Shown here: positions 11,235 through 22,000 of the stretch, piece by piece
Position numbering within the stretch: the first letter of the stretch is position 1
Layout: every line of letters begins with the position of its first letter
NCBI GenBank assembly: GCA_000091205.1
Contig: AP006483.2
Source: Cyanidioschyzon merolae
Lineage: Eukaryota
Strand: one strand, 5' to 3'
DNA: 64,000 nt
The notes under the pieces: generated by a model
The model's database searches: none
What the model was told of the DNA's origin: nothing
What the model saw: only the letters and a program-made list of their open reading frames with translations
Position numbers and translations under genes: made by a program

Positions 11235-11835
11235 CGACAGACCCCGACGCCAAGCCCTGTAACGCACAGTACGGCGCACGGGATGGTGTGCGCTGCGCCC
11301 CCGACGCAATTCTCAAAATCGCTGTGCGGAATTCGGAGCGCAGTGCCCCCGATGCACAGCCCTGAATCCCTGGGGGAATTCTCAAAATCGCTGTGCGGAA
11401 TTCGGAGCGCTGTGCCCCCGATGCACAGCCCTGAATCACTGGGGGGGAATTCTCAAAATCGCTGTGCGGAATTCGGAGCGCTGCGAACCCGATGCACCGC
11501 CCTGAATCACTGGGGGGAATTCTCAAAATCGCTGTGCGGAATTCGGAGCGCTGCGAACCCGATGCACAGCCCTGAATCCCTGGGGGGAATTCTCAAAATC
11601 GCTGTGCGGAATTCGGAGCGCTGCGAACCCGATGCACAGCCCTGAATCCCTGGGGGAATTCTCAAAATCGCTGTGCGGAATTCGGAGCGCTGTGCCCCCG
11701 ATGCACAGCCCTGAATCCCTGGGGGGAATTCTCAAAATCGCTGTGCGGAATTCGGAGCGCTGCGAACCCGATGCACAGCCCTGAATCCCTGGGGGGAATT
11801 CTCAAAATCGCTGTGCGGAATTCGGAGCGCTGTGA
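11235..11835. repeat. Tandem minisatellite, 70-71-bp unit x ~8.5 copies, immediately upstream of the bromodomain gene start.
   Basis: The unit gaattctcaaaatcgctgtgcggaattcggagcgctg[ct]g[ac][ac]cccgatgcacagccctgaatc[ca]ctggggg starts at 11376, 11447, 11517, 11587 and so on. Each unit has two EcoRI sites and an internal inverted pair gctgtgc/gcacagc. The whole unit is conserved with no unique spacers. Confidence 0.9.
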
Positions 11836-11899
11836 ATGGTATCCCTCGTAGAGATGCTATGGATGCTATTCTTAAGAGTGATGGTATGAATGTTGACGA

Positions 11900-13495
11900 T
11901 GATTCTGCTTCCCGTGTCGCTCGCAAACGTTCGTGCGATTGCAGCAGCGCGTTCCATGTGCACAGCTACGTATCCGGTTGGAGATTGTGCGAGACATTGC
12001 AGGAGTCTCACGTGCGTGCATGTCGTCAGGCTTGATGACGAATCGTTTACCATGGAACATTGCTGCATCTTACGGACGTTCAATGCAATGCTGTCCAATT
12101 CCCGCTGAGTGTAGTCGACTGCTTTTTCGCAGCGTTGAGCAGGAGATCGAAACCGCTGTAGGATGTACCCGATAGATCGTAGCCGAATCGCTTGTCGGCT
12201 ATATTTTCCCTACTGGAGCGTACAAGCAGGATTGCATTCATCATTCAGGAAGGCCATACCGCAGTACTCAGATGATTGAGGAACAATGAAACAAAGAAGT
12301 ATCTGCGCTCTACGTCAGAAACTGATTTTGTCAAAGACTGTTTGCTGTCCATGGGACAAGTAACAACGGTTGATCATCTTACGGGACGCAAAAGCGACGA
12401 TCGAAGCAACCACGCATGTCACGGTTTCGCAGAAGCTGGCGCGTGCGGACCCGAAAACCCTGGGATACAATCGCCAAAAAAGTTCTAGTTCACGCGCGGC
12501 CATCTTCCAACGAAATCTCAACGACAGCATTCCTGGAACTTTGCGACCGGTGTGAAGCACAGGAGCATCGGTTAGTTCTTCCAGTTGATGACGCTTGATT
12601 TGGCCGAAACAGTCAGAGCGTATGTGGGTAATCGCGGGGCGCGGAGCCCGTTATATGAAAGATCGGACTCGAAAAGACGGACATCATCATGTGTTCTAGC
12701 TGCAGAGGATCTTTTTGGCGGCCTCAGTTTCGCAATTGGAGAGGACTCGTACACCACCGACCACTTCGTCGATTCAACGAAGACGTTTCCCTGGAATCTG
12801 GCGACGTCCTTCTATTGGACAACGTTTCATTTGACCATTCCCATTGGGTTCGAGCTTTTGCCGATCCTATCGGGGTAGAGGAGCTTTTCATTCCTCCGTA
12901 ATCTCCGTGGCTCAACCAGATTGAAAGAGTTTTTTCTAGTCCGAAACATAATGATCGCTCCACTGAGCGTTTTGCCGAAGCGTTCAGCTCACGATGTCAA
13001 ACCAGGGCGCATGTCGTCATTGTTGCACAGGTGCTTCTACCTCCTGCAATGACTTCATCTATGGGCATAAAGGAGCCAGTTCATTCAAAAAAAATTCAGG
13101 GATGAGCTTCGGTATACACTAGAGAAGGTCGAGATGGAGAGAGGGCAGCGGAGCGCTTCGGCGACAGGAACGCATTCAGAGCCGACGGAGTAGCAAATGG
13201 TAAAAAAGGCACGAGTCCGAGGAATCCTTGCATCGGTGACTTCAACCAGCGGCAAACAACGCATGGAATTCGTGTACCGAGACGTCAACGCTGCTATCTG
13301 TACCAGAAGATGCGTGGTTCTGAACACGAGCTCAGAAGAGATGACGCGATCGCACTTCGCGGTGCAGCTTGCAAGGCTCGAAGCGTACAATCGAAAACTG
13401 AAGCCGGTAGCATTCCGCCGGTCCGCAGAGGCGAGAAGACGACTGTGAGTGAGTACCTATATTGACCCTCCATGGACTTCAAACATTTTTCGTTG
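11900..13495 (+). mobile_element. Tc1/mariner-superfamily DNA transposon, decayed near-full-length copy B.
   Basis: Over ~1.5 kb the sequence aligns with copy C (25950-27600). Degenerate transposase motifs are in mariner order. The first-D region reads ...NEISTT...CDRCEAQEHRLVLPVDD (~12500-12600). An HDNAPSH-like block reads LLLDNVSFDHSH (~12815). A PYSPDLNPIE-like block reads ELFIPP*SPWLNQIE (~12890). The frame is broken by stops and frameshifts, and the 5' boundary is approximate. Confidence 0.6.
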
Positions 13496-15012
13496 TACTC
13501 TACATAGCAGAAGCCGCTGGATGCTCGAATGCTGTAGGCCGCGGGGCACGAGGCTGTAGATCCACTGTCAAAATGTTCTCGTTGCCCGAATGCCAGATCC
13601 GACTTCCAGCCCAGCACCACGGTTAGATTCAAGGAGATTTCAGACAATTGATCGTTGCACGACTACCAGACCAGACATTCTATCGGGTATCACGGTCAGA
13701 TTCAGGGATTTTCCAGATACAGAGCCTACCGTGGGTATCTACTGTGGCATTGGAAGCTCCGCTTTGAATGCCATACGGAGACAGCACGGCTTCACAGGAA
13801 GCGCGTCGGGTACTCGAATGTTCATCGCCAAGGCACGCAGTACTCGGGTACGCTACACGCCAGTTTCGCATCAGGCTGTGAGGGCGGCTTCAGAGCGCCC
13901 GACGTGCTTATCATATAGACCTCAATACAGCGTCCAGTTGACGCTCAGGGTGCAGTAACTAGGGTATGTGTGTGTTATGCTTCCCGCTCTGCCAGACACG
14001 ACGTGTCCAGCCCGAACGTCCCAGTTGACCGTGGCGTTCGTGCTGTTGAGAACAAGGCATGGATGCACTTGGGCCACGCCTGGGCCACCTCGAAGCAGTC
14101 CCTTTACCAGTGCGCCCGGGGCACGCAGTTGGTCCCAGCTGCACGTCACCGCCAGCGCCAGAGGCTTTGGAAACTTTTACTGGTTCGTAACGCAATGCTG
14201 CATATCAACAGTTCTCCCGTATGTTCTGGCGACTTTGGGTGCAAGATGCAAAGCCACAAGCCCACAATGACGGATGCACGAGCTGCGAATATGCATCGAT
14301 ACATCTGAACATCCTCGAGTGCGTTCACCATGGCCGCATGACCCTCATCGCGAATGCTGAAACGGCATGGCAGCGTTTGCCACAGAGTTCAGCAGCAGTC
14401 TGGGACGATAGCTTTTGCGCTGGCACTTATGCCATCACGACGCCAAGGTGTGCAAGGCCCCGAAAATGCCGGCGGTTCTCCGCGCCACTAGGAATCCGTT
14501 TCTCGACCGCATGACGAGAAAGAGAATCCGAAAACGAGCAAAAGAGGCGGCTGTACCTGCGCCCTCTGGTCACTGTCGTTTATGGTTAGAGGCATGCAAT
14601 TTCGATCGCGTTCGGGGTGTTTCGGCACCGGTCCGGCCCTGAGCAAAACCGATGCCAGCTGTCTGCAGCAACTGCCCATCATGGTATTCAGGTCTGCATA
14701 ACGAAAAACATATCGTTCGCATAGAAACCTGCGTAGCATACCAGGCTCTAACGCAACTCCCGATACGGTATGGATCTGCATAGCTGCTATTCGACCTGGA
14801 CGGCACTTGCGCAATATTCCCCACGGTAACGAACCGAAGCGCGCAAGACCGCAGCGATCAATGTGAAGAGGCCATGCACCGGGCTATCGCGTTTCCAGGC
14901 ATTTTCCACGTTCACACGTTGCAGCACAACCTGATTCGTCTCGAAATCGAATGATCGTGTCCGGTGCTCCAAGCAATCAGCATGCTGTAGTGCACAGTTC
15001 GTACAAAGCGGA

Positions 15013-16215
15013 TCAGCGGTGCACCTCGCTGATCCCGAATGCGTCGCTCTGCTTCACGCGCTCCAGCACTGCGGTGAGCGCCTCCTCTGTGGCGAGTGGG
15101 CCGCTAAATGTGCTCAGTTTCCATTCGGGGTGTTCTTGAATTACGGCCCGCACGTGCTCATGGGAAACACTCGGCAGGTAGGCGCTCCCGCACCATTCAG
15201 CGAGTTCGATGTCGTTGTCGTCGTCGATCATGGCAACGGCCTGGTCCCTAGTACAACCAGTTCGCGCTAAAATGTATTCGGCTACATTGCGCTTCCCAGA
15301 GCATCCGGGAAACACATCCAGCTTTCCCAAATTGGACGCTGTCTGCAAGCCCAGCGGGGTGACTCGAGCCCGGATATCCGCGGTTGCGGCCTGCATGTGC
15401 TGCTCGGTGACGACTCCGTTGACCGCGCTCGTCGCTGCTGTCGACGACGCAGGGCGTTCCCACTGCACGTTCCTAGACCGCAGCGACGACGCGATGTCGA
15501 CGCGGAATGCAGTGTAATATTCGCGGGTGTCGAGCATCCATCCAGCAGTCGCCAGCTCGGACGCCGCTTGCCACAGTGGTGCAACGGGGTCAGGGTGCTC
15601 GTCACTGCTCCCATCGACCGCCGTGGACGGGTACGGGCTATCCTGCTCCCGCGGTACCACGCACTCGTCAGCTGCACACCAGGGGTGCGGACCAGTCCAC
15701 GGCTCGAGCCGTCGCGCCCATGTGACGTCCTCAACGTACGCTGTGTCCGCTCGCCACATCAGACGTCCGCCGTTCTCCCACGCGATAGCGTCGACCACCG
15801 GCAAGAGCGGCAGTCGGCGGTAGAGGGTGCTGGAGCGCGCTCCAGTCAACAGCGCCACGAAGACGCCGTGCACCCGAAGCGTGTCCACGAGTTCGACAAC
15901 GCGTTCGCTAAGGTATCCGCAACCTTTGGTCAAAGTCGGGAGCACCCTACAGGGAACGATTGTCTTCGGTAGGGTGTCGTAGACGAGGTTGACTCGACCG
16001 GAGACTCCGTCGTCCGGCTCGATTCGAATTCCATCACTGAGCTGGTCCTCATAGTGTATGAGTGTCCCGTCCAGGTCACTGAAAAGCGCAAGCGCGTACT
16101 TGCGAGCGTTCTGCTTCCGTGGTACCTCCATGTACCCCGCAGCGCAGACGACGGTGAGCGGTGTGTGTCCCGGTGATCGAGTCCCAGCGTGGCGTTCCAG
16201 CCACTCCAGCCTCAA
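15013..16215 (-). CDS. HAD-superfamily phosphatase, subfamily IIB (Cof or sucrose/trehalose-phosphatase-like).
   Basis: Motif I is LFSDLDGTL (DxDGT). The C-terminal block is GKLDVFPGCSGKRNVAEYIL...AMIDDDNDIEL, with the conserved K and the DD of motifs III/IV. A large cap insertion typical of HAD-IIB lies between them. The likely true start is the internal Met of MEVPRKQNARKYALALF. Confidence 0.55.
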   Translation of the reverse strand: MRLEWLERHAGTRSPGHTPLTVVCAAGYMEVPRKQNARKYALALFSDLDGTLIHYEDQLSDGIRIEPDDGVSGRVNLVYDTLPKTIVPCRVLPTLTKGCGYLSERVVELVDTLRVHGVFVALLTGARSSTLYRRLPLLPVVDAIAWENGGRLMWRADTAYVEDVTWARRLEPWTGPHPWCAADECVVPREQDSPYPSTAVDGSSDEHPDPVAPLWQAASELATAGWMLDTREYYTAFRVDIASSLRSRNVQWERPASSTAATSAVNGVVTEQHMQAATADIRARVTPLGLQTASNLGKLDVFPGCSGKRNVAEYILARTGCTRDQAVAMIDDDNDIELAEWCGSAYLPSVSHEHVRAVIQEHPEWKLSTFSGPLATEEALTAVLERVKQSDAFGISEVHR

Positions 16216-16392
16216 ACCAGAGATAAAGCGTTCAACACACCGGTTAACTCGGTCGATAACAGTGTTTCAGGGCAGGGTTACGTAATCCCGTTACCCTGGC
16301 ACCGACGCCGCGGCGCTCATGGACGCAGGTGCTTGGATGCCGAGCACGCGGCGAATGTAGTTGCGATTTCGCTTCCGACAACAAAAACGCTT

Positions 16393-16830
16393 ACATGGAC
16401 CATGGATCCAAACTTGTGGGATGTATAGGTATTTGCTTTCTCGAGAGCATCCATCATGCTGCTGTGCTTTACCTCCAGGTTCCACTACTGATAGTTCCTC
16501 TCGGATGTACTGGTCGTTTCGTGCGTTCTATCGTGCGCCGGGCGCCTGCCTTGCTGCACCCGCAACCGCAGCGACACCGTTGGTACGAATGCATCAACGA
16601 GGTCGAACGGCATTCTCATATCACTGAGGGCGTCTGATCGACGCGTTTTTCTGTACGACACGAAATCGGATTTCATCATCATTCTGGGGGCCTGCAAGCT
16701 GCGCAGACAGGTACATTGCCTGCGACAGCGCAAAGCGGTCTACTAGGAGTCCAGTATGACCACCACGACACCTGGATGCAGCCTGAATAACCTCAGTCCC
16801 AGAATAAACTGCGTTTCGGACGAGTTGCTG
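16393..16830. repeat. Dispersed ~430-bp repeat, copy 2. Its homolog is at 2015-2450.
   Basis: It is collinear with 2015-2450. It sits 180 bp upstream of the HAD gene start (16215, minus strand), in the same relative orientation as copy 1 with respect to the Myb gene. Confidence 0.7.
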
Positions 16831-17455
16831 CTCTGAACTCACCACGGCACTCGCTACTGCTGAGGCAGATAATGCGCGAGTCGAGCAGACTCGTCCGACG
16901 TACTGGACCTGCCTCCTAGGAGGTGAATTTTCGATAATATGGAAACCTTTTCACACTTTTCAACGTTTACCGCAGAGGAGTAAAGAAGCTGTTGTCTCGT
17001 TGCTAGTTCGTGCCTAGATTCTAGGCTTTTTTTCTGTTTATAGAGTGCGCCGCGTGCACGCACTGCAATCTCGCACGCAATCCGCACAGCGACGTGCGCG
17101 GCAGCGGGCGCTTGTGAGAACGCACTCATAGCCTTGGCGCTCGCCCGCTCTACGCTTATACTGCTCGTGTGGAGTCGTGCTCCGCACTCGCTCAGTGCAG
17201 GTAGGAAGTGGTCGTGTGTGTACACTCACAACGCACTTGTGACCTGTGCGAGCGCTGTACATAACGCGCTTGGTGTTTGTCAAGCGCACAGGAGTTGGCG
17301 GAGACCGGCATCGAGTTCAACACTGCGCTACGCGCTTCTGCGCTGGCTACGACAGAACGCGGGTGCGGCACCAGGAAACACACGTGCGTTCTAGAGAGGT
17401 ACCCGTTTCCTGTACACTGTAAAAGCGTACGTGACGGCGCTTTGGTCCTGGGCGG

Positions 17456-18676
17456 GTGGTGTTGCAAAGTGCTTTCACGCGTCGTTTAAACCGTCTGCCA
17501 AGAGTAACAGACGCAAAGACGATGCCAGACGCTGGAGACGCATCTGTTGCCGCTGCGAGGTGGCTCGAAACGCTCGGATATAGTCCCGAGCGCCCTGCCG
17601 AAGCGCTTGCGTTGGCGGTGCACGCGCTGCTCCTACGCCACGGCTTGCGGACGCGTGAGACTGCCCTCGAGGTGGACCTGAACCGGGACCCGTTGCCTCA
17701 GGCACCGGCAGCGCTGCCGAGCGACTGGCTGCCGACCACCGAGCACGCCGGCTACGGAACCCAGTATCGACATTTCCGCAGCGCTCTGCTTTTCCAGATT
17801 CGCTCCGTACCGTGCGGTGTGGATCGACTAATGGTGACTGGTTTCGCCACCGAGGAACCGGACCGAGTTGCGACGCTGTCGCTTCGAATCAGCGACTACA
17901 TTCGGACACATGTCTGGGAACAGAGTCGCGCTGCTGGCTCGCCACCCGATTGGACCATGCTTGTCCAGGGCTGGCAGCGTCTCGCAACCCTCGTCCAAGT
18001 TGACCTGGTGCACACGTTGATTCCGGATAGTGCCAAAGATGGATACGAAGCTCGTGTACAGGCACAGTCGGCGACCGCCGGGAATCCGTCGACAGCGGCC
18101 TCGACGGGCGACCACGGTGCCGGCACCCGAAGCGAGCCCCGCAGTGGAGGCGGCCCCAGCGCGGTGCCGTTCGGGTACCGCCAGCCGCGGCCCCCGCAGC
18201 CACAGTTGCCGTCATCAGGGGTGCTTCCAGTCGTTGGCGACGATGATCGCCTGCCCGCACTGGGACCTGTTGGCGACTGGCGCGGCCCGTCTGTACCGGG
18301 ACTGGGGCCCCCGTTCCGCACCGATGATGAACGTCTTGGAGGCGGAATGCTCATGGGCCCGCGCCATCCGGTTTTCCGCTCGGGCTTTGAAGACGACGAC
18401 GACGACGACGCACTGCATCGCTTCAACGACCCTGACCGCGATCCCGGTTTCCCGCCTGACCTGCGGCGCCGTGGTGAGCGCCCTCGCCGAATGACGGAAC
18501 GGGAACGTCTTGCGCTGTTGCCGCCAGGCTCGCGGGTGCCGCCGCCCCCGGGCGCGCGTATCGATCCGTTCGGGCCGCCGCTCCCGTCGCCACCCGACGG
18601 GTACGGTCAGGGAGCTTCTCGTCATCGTCGGTACGGCGATCTGGACCCGCCACCACCGGATACCATGTATATGTAA
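17456..18676 (+). CDS. PSMF1: Proteasome inhibitor PI31 (PSMF1/Fub1 family).
   Basis: The C-terminal Pro-rich tail matches PI31: PPGARIDPFGPPLPSPPDGYG...DLDPPPPDTMYM versus human PPGARFDPFGPIG...LPPPGYDDMYL. Also matching are ...HPVFRSGFEDD and DPDRDPGFPPD. The N-terminal alpha/beta FP-like region reads EALALAVHALLLRHGLR. The start may be the internal Met at 17522. Confidence 0.65.
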   Translation: MVLQSAFTRRLNRLPRVTDAKTMPDAGDASVAAARWLETLGYSPERPAEALALAVHALLLRHGLRTRETALEVDLNRDPLPQAPAALPSDWLPTTEHAGYGTQYRHFRSALLFQIRSVPCGVDRLMVTGFATEEPDRVATLSLRISDYIRTHVWEQSRAAGSPPDWTMLVQGWQRLATLVQVDLVHTLIPDSAKDGYEARVQAQSATAGNPSTAASTGDHGAGTRSEPRSGGGPSAVPFGYRQPRPPQPQLPSSGVLPVVGDDDRLPALGPVGDWRGPSVPGLGPPFRTDDERLGGGMLMGPRHPVFRSGFEDDDDDDALHRFNDPDRDPGFPPDLRRRGERPRRMTERERLALLPPGSRVPPPPGARIDPFGPPLPSPPDGYGQGASRHRRYGDLDPPPPDTMYM

Positions 18677-18793
18677 AGCTATCGAGTTCTTGAAATGTAT
18701 CCACTGTTCTTTCGCGTATGTATCCCAAGGGGATTTTCTACCCGATACCATATACAGGTAAATCTATCGAGTTCTTGACATGTATCCACTGTT
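18669..18793 (+). promoter_or_regulatory. Two copies of a ~40-nt direct repeat in the PI31 3' flank, the candidate 3'UTR. Both are UGUA-rich.
   Basis: tatgtaaagctatcgagttcttgaaatgtatccactgtt (18669-18708) matches tacaggtaaatctatcgagttcttgacatgtatccactgtt (18752-18793). Both lie in the 364-bp gap between convergent genes and begin at the PI31 stop codon. Confidence 0.4.
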
Positions 18794-19039
18794 TACACCA
18801 GTGCGTATTCGATAAAATTCCCCTTGCATGCTGCCCATTTTTGCATCGCAGGGCGTTCCGCAGCGTGCTCTAACAAATCCACGTCCGAACAAGCTGCAGC
18901 ACACAACTGCAACGCTAGAGCAGCGCGCCCCTCCAACGCACAAGCATGTCGCCAATATACATACCGATGCAGAGGCAGAAGCAGAAGCACCAGCAACAAC
19001 AGCACCAACGACGGCCGATACCTCAGCCGGCATGCCTCC

Positions 19040-22000
19040 TCAACCTGCACGCTGACGTTTCACCTTGAACACGCGCTCCCGCGACGGACGCACCAGCTCG
19101 CGCAGCACACCGATCGCATGGCGCTCGCTGTCCACCGGCTTTCGTTTCGCCCCAGGACGCCGGTCACCGACCAGGGGCACGTAGGCGTACGGCTCCAGTA
19201 GGACGCGCCTCCCGTCGTCACGTCGGACGGCACGGGGTCGATCGCCGCGTGCACCGCGCGCCCGAAAGCGCACCCACGACCCCGATGATGCCGGGCGCCG
19301 CGAGCGCGCCAACGAACGCCGCCCTGCTGCTGGCGCAGTCGCAATCGTGGCGCGCATCGCACCAGCGTCATCGGGGTCATCGTCGCTAGCGGCGGCGGCG
19401 GCGGCGGCGGCGGCGTTGCTGCTGCTCCTGCTACTGCTGCTGCTGACACCGGCGTGCGGCACGCGCGCAGAGGCGACTGGCGCGCGGGCGGCAGGCATCG
19501 CGCCTCGATCGCCATCGCCGATTCCCGGGTCGATCGGCTGCACGTGCAGGCGGCCGCCATCATCCCAGAACATGGACAGTTCGGAAGCATCGCTCGAGGC
19601 ATCAGCGGCCGTGACGCTGCCGCTGCGTGCCATCGATCGCTTGGACAGCGCATGCGCCGGGCGCTCTGCGGCAGCGCCGCGTCTCCGTGTAGCGGCATCG
19701 GGGTGCTGCTCCAGTGCCCGCGCAGCGTGTCGCCTACACGGGTGCGCTGCGTCCATTCGCGGCAGCGGCTGCTGCGTGCCGCGGATGCGCCTTACCCGAT
19801 CCAATCTGGTTGACGCTGACGCATGCCATTGATCGCGCACGGTATCGCGTCTATCCACCAGGGTTGCTGCTCCATTCGGCTGCGAGGGCATCATGGAAAC
19901 GAGCAGGGCAGCGGTGTTGTCGTTGTCGGTGTCGTCGTCGTTGTTGCTGATGCCGCCAATCATGGACTGCTGACGCGACGCGTTCTGTCGTTGCCAATGG
20001 CGCAGGCGTTTCCTGGCGGACTGCAGCACTGCTTTCAGTGCTGCGCTTCGACAGAGCGATTCGAGCAGGGAATCAGGGCAGCGCCTTGCCATGCGCATCA
20101 CCAGACCTCGTATCTCGCTGGCGGTACGCGTATGGATCGTGCCCCGAGCCAGGAGGCGGTCAAGCGCCTGCACCACGCTTCGCAGTAACGGTTCAATGCT
20201 GGCTTGTTCCAGTGCGCCATTCGGAGCGGATCCATGCGCGCTAGACCGTGCTTTGACTAGTTGAAACCAGAAAGGGATAAAATGCTTCCATGCGCGCAGC
20301 AGCGCTTTGGTTACGATCGGTGTCTGTTCGCGGTGCAGGAGTGCGCGCAGCGGCTCCCAGAATGCTCGCTCGAGATCGCGGACCAGTGCCGACTGTTGCA
20401 CCTGTGGTTGGCGTTTTTGGTCACGGAGCGCGTGGTAAACGCGTTTCGTTGTCAACGAGCATGCGTCGAGGCAGGCGGCAATTGCCGACGTTCGATCCGC
20501 CAGCAGACCGGCTAAGAACAGCGCAACGAGGCGCTGGGACGGTCGCGGATGCTCTTGCTGCACTCGCCTGTCCACTAGAAGGAGCAACGTCGTCCGTGCA
20601 GACGCCCGAGCGCGGCTGGATGCTGCGCGTAGACCGAACACGACCTCATACAGCAGCGTCGTTTCGGCTTCGGCTACTGGACTGGGAGCTTCCATTACGT
20701 CCGACGCAGATGCGGCGTTCATGCTTCGCTGAAAGTACCGATGAATACAAGCGAGACGAACCGCTTCGGCTGCGCTGTGCGACTGACGATATGCGGCAGC
20801 AAGCGCCATCACGACCTGTTCCAGGGACACTGTCAGATTCATGGCCTGCAGCAGTGCTCGGTACGCTCGTTTCTGGACCTGCATAGGGGCAGGTGCGCCA
20901 AGAGCGCCCCTCACGGCATCGAAGAGCAGCGGAGCAGTCTCGGAGTCGACCAGTGCGGTTGTGATTTCAAGCAACAGCGCAATCGCTTCGGCGTTCGGCC
21001 CGGCTGCAGGCTGAGAACTGAGCTGCGCCAGACGCTCCAAAGCCTGGTGAAAGTACAGACGACGTGTCGCATCGTCCGCTAAACGCAAGCTCGTCGATCG
21101 TATTGCTGCCAAATATGGGGCGCGTCGATCTACTGACGCCGCACAGGCGCGCTCGAACTGCGCGCGCAGGAGCGCCTCGACAGTCGGCCGAAACGCAGGC
21201 GCCTGAACTGCTGTGTGTGGTGCAGCATCGTTCGTTGACTGCACCAGCGCCGGCACGTTCTCGCCCAGCGCAACCATGTACTGGCAAGCAAGCAAAGCCC
21301 ATGGCGATGCTGTCTCGTCCGCCGCGGCCTGCTGCATCCCAGCAGTTCCATCATCTGCAGTGACCAACCATTCACGCAGACGCTCCAAAATCGTGCCCCA
21401 CAATGCATCGTGCCCGGGCTCCCAAAGCTCTCGCGCCCCACGACAGACTGCCGGCCCGATCAACCATAAATCATACCGCAGAGCGTCGACCTGCGCAGCG
21501 TCATCCGCTGATTCCGCACCAAAGCGCTCCGCGCGCAGTTGGCTATCCCAGCGTTCCGCCCATTCTACGTACGCTCCGAGATGTGACGACTCCAATGAGT
21601 GGCGCAAAATCGGTAACAGCCAGGGAAAGAAGGAACGGCAATCTCCGTGATGCGCCAGAAAGGCTGCAGTACCGAGTGCGCGCACCGCCATCACAAGGAG
21701 CGATCGCAGCGCACGCGCGCTTTGCGGCCGTGCGTGCCCCGCGCAGACGCACGCATCGTAGCGTGTCAGCAGATGCGCCACCACCAGATGCATGCATGGT
21801 AACCAGGGACACGTGTCCGCCTGGATGCATGCATCGGCACGCAGCGGCGTCGATTCGTGTGCCCTGTATAGTGTCCGTTTCGAGAGGCGCCCCGCTGCAT
21901 CGAATCGGCGATTCCCAGTCAGCGCCGAGGTCATCGTGCCACAGCGCCGTACCTGCTGGTGTTCATCGAGTCTCTGCTCGGCGCCGGGACGCATCCTCTG

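Noticed and set aside
11235-11835. CRISPR-like appearance of the regularly spaced 70-bp repeats.
   Set aside because: The whole 70-bp unit is conserved and contiguous, with no unique spacers between repeats. The context is eukaryotic, with no cas genes. This is a minisatellite, not a CRISPR array.
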